Positions 51,300 through 58,497 of a stretch of DNA of 64,000 nucleotides are shown in pieces (positions within the stretch are counted from its first letter, which is position 1; each line of letters opens with the position of its first letter). A program made the position numbers and the translations under genes. The notes beneath the pieces are model-generated. The model was not told where the DNA came from. It saw only the letters and a program-made list of their open reading frames with translations, and searched no databases. The stretch is from an uncultured Oscillospiraceae bacterium (lineage in GTDB: Bacteria > Bacillota > Clostridia > Oscillospirales > Oscillospiraceae): contig CANRMY010000005.1 of assembly GCA_947631845.1 (NCBI GenBank), positions 2,620-66,619 on the forward strand, in the 5' to 3' direction.

Positions 51300-51632
51300 T
51301 TATTCCCAATCCTTCCACACGTCCGGGCAATAGCCCACGGTGGCGGCTTTCCCGTTGCGGACGATGGGGGTCCTGAGAAGGGACGGGTCCTCTAAGAGCT
51401 TGTCGATCTTGTCCTCGTCCCGGGCCAGATACCGTATCAGCTCCGCGCCCCTGGCCTTCTCATCCACCAGATTTTCCAGCCCCACGGCCCTTCTGACGGA
51501 GTCCAGCTCCCGGGGGCTGATGCCGTAGCGCAGAAGATCCACGGACTGGAACTTGATGCGCCGCTCCTTGAAATACCGCTCGGCCTTCTTGGTGTCGAAG
51601 CACTTGGATTTTCCGAATATCTGTATGTTCAC
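51300..51632 (-). CDS. ArsC/Spx/YffB-family protein
   Basis: 110 aa. MNIQIFGKSKCFDTKKAERYFKERRIKF is the thioredoxin-fold ArsC-family N-terminus with a single Cys. Confidence 0.75.
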   Translation of the reverse strand: MNIQIFGKSKCFDTKKAERYFKERRIKFQSVDLLRYGISPRELDSVRRAVGLENLVDEKARGAELIRYLARDEDKIDKLLEDPSLLRTPIVRNGKAATVGYCPDVWKDWE

Positions 51633-51637
51633 GGCCC

Positions 51638-53305
<1,668 letters not shown>

Positions 53306-53512
53306 AAAACGATCTCCTTTTGAAAATATAAAATATGTAGTTTGGACACACCGCTATAAAGCTCAGGAGCGGGGATTTTCGGCCCTGAATCGCCGGAAAA
53401 CCTTCGCCCTCTGAACCGCTATAGTACCGTATGTGTATATTTAAGCGCTCATAAGATGTTATGGCGCCAAAATCCTGTATAGGGATATTATACCATACCC
53501 GCCGCGCGGGGA

Positions 53513-53894
53513 TGGTATAGCTGGCGGGAATCGAACCCACGCCGGTTTTCGGCGGCTGATTTGTGCCAGTACTTTGTCAAAAGCCTTGACAATACGCAAG
53601 TATTCTCTGTGGCTTTTTCCGCGTCCTGACGCAAATCAGCTCGCCGAAAACTGCAAGGCACTCCACGCGGAGCAATTTTCGAGGGATTTTTGCCGCGAAG
53701 GAGGAAGCCTCGGGTCCCCAATGCGATCAAAATCGCATTGGGAAAGGAGGAGCGAACCGTGCGCCTGAGGGCGAATACTTGGAGCCCGAGGTTAAGCCGG
53801 TTCCGCGACGACGCGGCAAGGCGACGACGACAAGGTAAAAAGCGCCGGAAAGGGCCCGCGTGGAGCGGCGTGGGTTCGACTCCCGTCAGCTATA
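53513..53894. other. inverted pair of tRNA 3'-half-like sequences bracketing ~320 bp (contains E copy Ef)
   Basis: Minus strand at 53545-53513 reads GGCGTGGGTTCGATTCCCGCCAGCTATACCA (T-arm + acceptor 3' strand + ACCA). Plus strand at 53866-53894 reads GCGGCGTGGGTTCGACTCCCGTCAGCTATA. No D arm or anticodon arm accompanies either copy. Confidence 0.7.
53712..53813 (-). repeat. family-E element copy Ef
   Basis: Plus strand reads GGGTCCCCAATGCGATCAAAATCGCATTGGGAAAGGAGGAGCGAACCGTGCGCCTGAGGGCGAATACTTGGAGCCCGAGGTTAAGCCGGTTCCGCGACGACG. It is flanked by TTGCCGC and GCGGCAA, a split host hairpin. Confidence 0.85.
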
Positions 53895-54159
53895 ATGTGC
53901 CATGTTTTTCGGTTCCCGGCGTCAGCCGGGGAGAAAAACGGCTTAAATCATATAGAATATCCGCCTCTGCGGATATTATACCCCGATTGGAGTATTTTAA
54001 CACAATCACGCGCGTTTGTCAACAGCGCCCTTTTTGCCGGATAGGGGCGGCTTGCAGGGCGGCACGGCGACTGCGGATGCCATGGGATGCCAGGAGCGGA
54101 TCGCGGCAAAGATTCGTGGGAAGGGCGCGGACTATGTACCGGGATCAGCCGGCCCGCCG

Positions 54160-54361
54160 CAGCTTGTCAAAAAACTCGAATTCGAACTTTTTTCCGGCGG
54201 CATGTACGTCGGAAAAAATCCCTTTTGTCGCCCAAGTGTGCTCCTTTGTGGCGCGCGCGGGGCGACAGCAGGGTGATTTTCACTGAATTTCGCAAAATTC
54301 AGCGAAAATCGCCCGCACGTTCCCTTTGTCGGAAAAAGCCCGTCAGGGCTTTTTCCGACAT
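54160..54361 (-). repeat. family-B element copy B3, immediately downstream of spoVAE
   Basis: It is ~90% identical to B1. The hairpin GTCGGAAAAAGCCCTGACGGGCTTTTTCCGAC begins 2 nt after the spoVAE stop. Confidence 0.85.
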
Positions 54362-54362
54362 A

Positions 54363-54734
54363 TCAGCTTTTGTCCCCCGGCTTGAAGATGACCGATACCA
54401 GGTACCCGAAGAACACCGCCGCGCCTACGCCGCCCGCCGCGGCGGTGAAGCCGCCGGTGAACGCGCCCAGGAGGCCCTTCTCCTCCACGGCCTTTTTGAC
54501 GCCCTTGGCCAGGTTGTTTCCAAAGCCGGTCAGGGGCACGGTGGCCCCCGCGCCGGCCCAGTCGGCGAGGGGCTGGTAGAGGCCCAGGGCCCCCAGCGCC
54601 ACTCCCGCCACCACAAAGGCGGTGAGGATGCGGGCCGGGGTGAGCTTCGTCTTGTCGATGAGGATCTGGCCGATGACGCACAGCGCCCCGCCGGCCGCGA
54701 AGGCCCTGACGTACTGCATGATGTCGAATTTCAT
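54363..54734 (-). CDS. spoVAE: stage V sporulation protein AE (SpoVAEB-type)
   Basis: 123 aa. VPLTGFGNNLAKGV signature, 4 TM. Confidence 0.85.
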   Translation of the reverse strand: MKFDIMQYVRAFAAGGALCVIGQILIDKTKLTPARILTAFVVAGVALGALGLYQPLADWAGAGATVPLTGFGNNLAKGVKKAVEEKGLLGAFTGGFTAAAGGVGAAVFFGYLVSVIFKPGDKS

Positions 54735-54744
54735 AGCTTCCCCC

Positions 54745-55770
54745 TTATTTCGTCTTGGAGATGGCCACCGCGCAGGCGATGGAGGGGATACTCTCCCCCT
54801 GCATGGTGGTGGTGGGCGAGAGCAGCGCCCCCGTGGCGGTGAACAGGATCCTGTTCCAGCGGCCCTCCCGCATCCCGTTCAGCAGATATCCGCACAGCAC
54901 GGTGGCGGCACAGCCGCAGCCGGAGCCGCCGGCGTGGACGTCCTGCTTCTTCCGATCGAAGATCAGAAGGCCGCAGTCGGTGTGCCGCTGGGCGATGTCC
55001 ACGCCGTCGGCGGCGAAGAAATCGCACAGGATCTCGCTGCCGATGGCGCCCAGGTCGCCGGTGACGATGAGATCGTAGGCGTCCGGGCCCACGGACAGGT
55101 CCTCGAAGTGCTGCTTGATGGTGTCATAGGCCGCCGGGGCCATAGCCGCCCCCATGTTGTTGGCGTCGGTGACGCCGTTGTCCACGATCCGGCCGGGGGT
55201 CACATGGGTCACATAGGGCCCCGGCCCCTCCGCCGTCAGCACCGCCGCGCCGGAGCCGGTAACCGTCCACTGGGCAGAGGGCGGACGCTGGCCGCCGTAC
55301 TCCAGCGGCGTGCGGAACTGGCGCTCGGCGGAGCAGAAATGGGAGCTGGTCACCGCCATAGTCGTGTCCGCAAAGCCCCCGTCGATGGTGAGGGCGGCCA
55401 GGGCCAGGCTTTCGGCCATGGTGGAGCAGGCCCCGTAGACCCCGAACATGGGGATGTTGGAATCCCGCACCCCGAAGGTGGTGCCCACACACTGGTTGAG
55501 AAGGTCGCCGCAAAAGACGCAGTTGACCTGGGCGTTGGACAGGGACGCCTTGGAGAGGGCCAGGCCCGACGCCTTTTTGACCAGAGCGCTCTCCGCCTTC
55601 TCCCAGGTTTTCTCGCCCAAAAAGGAGTCCTCGCTGATGAAGTCGAAGCTGTCCCGGAGGGGCCCGTCGCCCTCCTTTTTCCCCACCACGCAGGCGTGCC
55701 CGGCGAAGGAGGGGGGATTTTGAAGGGCAAAGGTCTGCTTTCCTGTCAGTTTTGATGCCATAGTTTTCAC
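54745..55770 (-). CDS. spoVAD: stage V sporulation protein AD (thiolase-fold)
   Basis: 341 aa. LTGKQTFALQNPPSF..GKKEGDGPL..EKTWEKAE is the typical SpoVAD N-terminus. Cys-containing thiolase-like core. Confidence 0.88.
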   Translation of the reverse strand: MKTMASKLTGKQTFALQNPPSFAGHACVVGKKEGDGPLRDSFDFISEDSFLGEKTWEKAESALVKKASGLALSKASLSNAQVNCVFCGDLLNQCVGTTFGVRDSNIPMFGVYGACSTMAESLALAALTIDGGFADTTMAVTSSHFCSAERQFRTPLEYGGQRPPSAQWTVTGSGAAVLTAEGPGPYVTHVTPGRIVDNGVTDANNMGAAMAPAAYDTIKQHFEDLSVGPDAYDLIVTGDLGAIGSEILCDFFAADGVDIAQRHTDCGLLIFDRKKQDVHAGGSGCGCAATVLCGYLLNGMREGRWNRILFTATGALLSPTTTMQGESIPSIACAVAISKTK

Positions 55771-55971
55771 CCGCCGTTATGATTTTTCAACTCTATTTTT
55801 TCACGCCTTTCGCAAATCATGCACGGCGGCGCGATCAGGGCGCGGCCTTTGGCGAAAACGCCGGAGTTGTCCGGCGATTCACCTTTTAAATTCAGAGAGA
55901 AAACGGTTGACAGAAGGGGTCAAAAAGTGTTATCCTACGCACAATATAAGCGAAAAAACGGAGGAGAAACT

Positions 55972-57483
55972 ATGGCGTATTATTACAGTGAACCGTCCCG
56001 TACCTTCAGCGAATATCTTCTCGTCCCCGGCTACTCCGGCCCCAACTGCATCCCCGACAACGTCAGTCTCCGCACTCCCCTCGTCAAGTTCAAAAAGGGC
56101 GAGGAGCCGGCTATCTCCATGAATATCCCCATGACCTCCGCCATCATGCAGGCCGTCTCCGACGACAGGATGGCCGTGGCCCTGGCCCGTGAGGGCGGCG
56201 TCAGCTTCATCTACGGCTCCCAGACCGTGGAGGACCAGGCCGCCATGGTGGCCCGCGCCAAGGCCTACAAGGCGGGCTTCGTCATCTCCGATTCCAACGT
56301 GAAGCCCACCGCCACCCTGAACGAGATGCTGGCCATCGTGGAGCGCACGGGCCACAGCACCGTGGCCGTCACCGAGGACGGCGGCCCCAACGGCAAGCTC
56401 CTGGGCATGGTCACCCGCCGGGACTACCGGCTCTCCCGCATGACGGGCCTGGAGACGGTGGAGAGCTTCATGACCCCCCTGGACAAGCTGGTCACCGCCC
56501 CCGCCTCCACCACCCTCAAGGAGGCCAACGACATCATCTGGGAGCACAAGGTCAACACCCTGCCCATCGTGGACGATCAGGGCGGGCTCATCTATTTCGT
56601 CTTCCGCAAGGACTACGACTCCCACAAGGAAAACCCCCTGGAGCTGCTGGACGCGGGCAAGAAGTACGTGGTGGGCGCGGGCATCAACACCCGCGACTAC
56701 GCCAAGCGCGTCCCCGCCCTCATCGAGGCCGGAGCGGACGTGCTGTGCATCGACTCCTCCGAGGGCTTCTCCGAGTGGCAGCGGATGACCATCAACTGGA
56801 TCCGCGAGCACTACGGCGACGCCGTGAAGGTGGGCGCGGGCAATGTGGTGGACGCGGAGGGCTTCCGCTTCCTGGCCGAGGCCGGGGCTGACTTCGTGAA
56901 GGTGGGCATCGGCGGCGGCTCCATCTGCATCACCCGGGAGCAGAAGGGCATCGGACGCGGCCAGGCCACCGCCCTCATCGACGTGTGCGCCGAGCGGGAC
57001 AGGTATTTTCAGGAGACCGGCGTCTACGTCCCCGTCTGCTCCGACGGCGGCATCGTCCACGACTACCACTTTACCCTGGCCCTGGCCATGGGCGCGGACT
57101 TTTTGATGCTGGGCCGGTATTTCGCCCGGTTCGACGAGTCCCCCTCCCGCCGGGTCAGCATCGGCGGCAACTACATGAAGGAGTACTGGGGCGAGGGCTC
57201 CAACCGCGCCCGCAACTGGCAGCGCTACGACCTGGGCGGCAAGGAGGGCATGGCCTTTGAGGAGGGCGTGGACTCCTACGTCCCCTACGCCGGGTCCCTC
57301 CACGACAACGTGGCCCTGACCCTCTCCAAGGTCCGGCACACCATGTGCAACTGCGGCGCCGTGACCATCCCCGAGCTTCAGCAGAAGGCCAAGCTGACCC
57401 TGGTCTCCGCCACCTCCATCGTAGAGGGCGGCGCCCACGACGTGGTGCTGAAGGAGAACACCGTCAACGGCGGGAAGAAATAA
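55972..57483 (+). CDS. guaB: IMP dehydrogenase (503-aa form with CBS subdomain)
   Basis: ATG 55972 behind GGAGGAGAA. Catalytic loop [17 protein letters not shown] pair region, C-terminal flap. Confidence 0.88.
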   Translation: MAYYYSEPSRTFSEYLLVPGYSGPNCIPDNVSLRTPLVKFKKGEEPAISMNIPMTSAIMQAVSDDRMAVALAREGGVSFIYGSQTVEDQAAMVARAKAYKAGFVISDSNVKPTATLNEMLAIVERTGHSTVAVTEDGGPNGKLLGMVTRRDYRLSRMTGLETVESFMTPLDKLVTAPASTTLKEANDIIWEHKVNTLPIVDDQGGLIYFVFRKDYDSHKENPLELLDAGKKYVVGAGINTRDYAKRVPALIEAGADVLCIDSSEGFSEWQRMTINWIREHYGDAVKVGAGNVVDAEGFRFLAEAGADFVKVGIGGGSICITREQKGIGRGQATALIDVCAERDRYFQETGVYVPVCSDGGIVHDYHFTLALAMGADFLMLGRYFARFDESPSRRVSIGGNYMKEYWGEGSNRARNWQRYDLGGKEGMAFEEGVDSYVPYAGSLHDNVALTLSKVRHTMCNCGAVTIPELQQKAKLTLVSATSIVEGGAHDVVLKENTVNGGKK

Positions 57484-57512
57484 AAGGTGTCCGCTTGACC
57501 CTGACGGGGGTT

Positions 57513-58497
57513 TATAAGGTGTCCGCCCTATAGGCGGACGGGGATTTGCTTTCTTCTCTTTTGTGTTGACAAAAGAGAAGAAAGCAACAAAGAAGAGAAA
57601 AACAACGGGGCAGGGATCGTTACCCTGCCCCTTTCATATCCGCGCGTCCTTTGTTACGAATGGTCTCTGCTTCTAACGCGCTTAGCCGCTCACAGCTCAG
57701 TTAACGAACCCATCACTTCTATTTAACCCGCGCTGGTGCGGCTGTGATTATATGGTACTGTGTGGGCCGATGACCACATAGGCCCACACGCCGCACCGCC
57801 GACTTCCTTTTGTACGGGCCGGACACCTGGCCGGCCCATGTATCGACTTCCCGACGCACTAATTACAACGCCGTACGGGCCGCCGCCCACGGCGGCCCAC
57901 GAATTCCTGAAAAACCATCGTACAACCTTGTAGGGGCCGCCTCTTCAGGCGGCCCGTCGTGTTCCCGCATATTTTTCCTCCAACGCCGTACGGGCCGCCG
58001 AGGGCGGCGGCCCCTACGGCGTCTAACGATAATTTTCCGGGAATTCGGCATGCGGGCCGGCCAGTGTCCGGCCCGTACAGGTTTAGACGCAGCGTTGAAA
58101 ATTACCGCACGATCAAAGCCGCAGCAGCGCGGGTAAAATAGGAACGAAAGCTTTGATAATAGAGCGGTGAGCGGCTAAGCGAGTTAAACGCCGAGACAAT
58201 GCGGGGCCCCCATCGGGCTGTTGCCCGATGGGGAAAGGAGGAGCGAACCGTGCGCCTGAGGGCGAATACTTGGAGCCCGAGGTTAAGCCGGTTCCGCGAC
58301 GACGCTACCGCACGGATATGAACGGGACCATAGGCATTGACCATTGCCGCGGCAGCCGTCCCGCCGAAATAAAGCTTGGGCCCGGTTCACCACCGGGCCC
58401 AAAAATTGTTTTTCTCCTCTTTGTTACTTTCTCCTCTTTTGTCAACACAAAAGAGGAGAAAGTAAGTTTTTCCCCGCCCTTGTAAAGGCGGGATCCC
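57513..58497. repeat. composite repeat locus R8: M (57513-57749, fwd), A array (57765-58085), inverted M (58111-58497) carrying E copy Eg (58203-58304)
   Basis: The left and right arms are reverse complements over the H1/H2 hairpins and the CGCTTAGCCGCTCAC block. The right arm has an extra ~100 nt (Eg) and a GGGCCCGGTGGTGAACCGGGCCC segment shared with 44455-44477. Confidence 0.85.

Noticed and set aside
53738-53815. A small ORF inside E elements. In antisense orientation AAAGGAGG is followed 7-8 nt later by GTG (VRLRANTWSPRLSRFRDD).
   Set aside because: The GTG and the frame are absent or broken in other copies (45013, 50995 and the tRNA-linked variants). Substitutions follow helix covariation rather than codon structure.
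53513-53893. tmRNA (ssrA) on the minus strand. The evidence was the ~380-nt length, a 3' end GGGTTCGATTCCCGCCAGCTATACCA resembling the tmRNA consensus, and a 5' end able to pair with it.
   Set aside because: The acceptor would be A1-U2-A3 paired with U70-A71-U72, so there is no G3-U70 alanine identity pair. There is no GGGG 5' end. No plausible resume codon or tag ORF ending in ..LAA-stop exists. The interior is occupied by an E repeat copy and other repeats.
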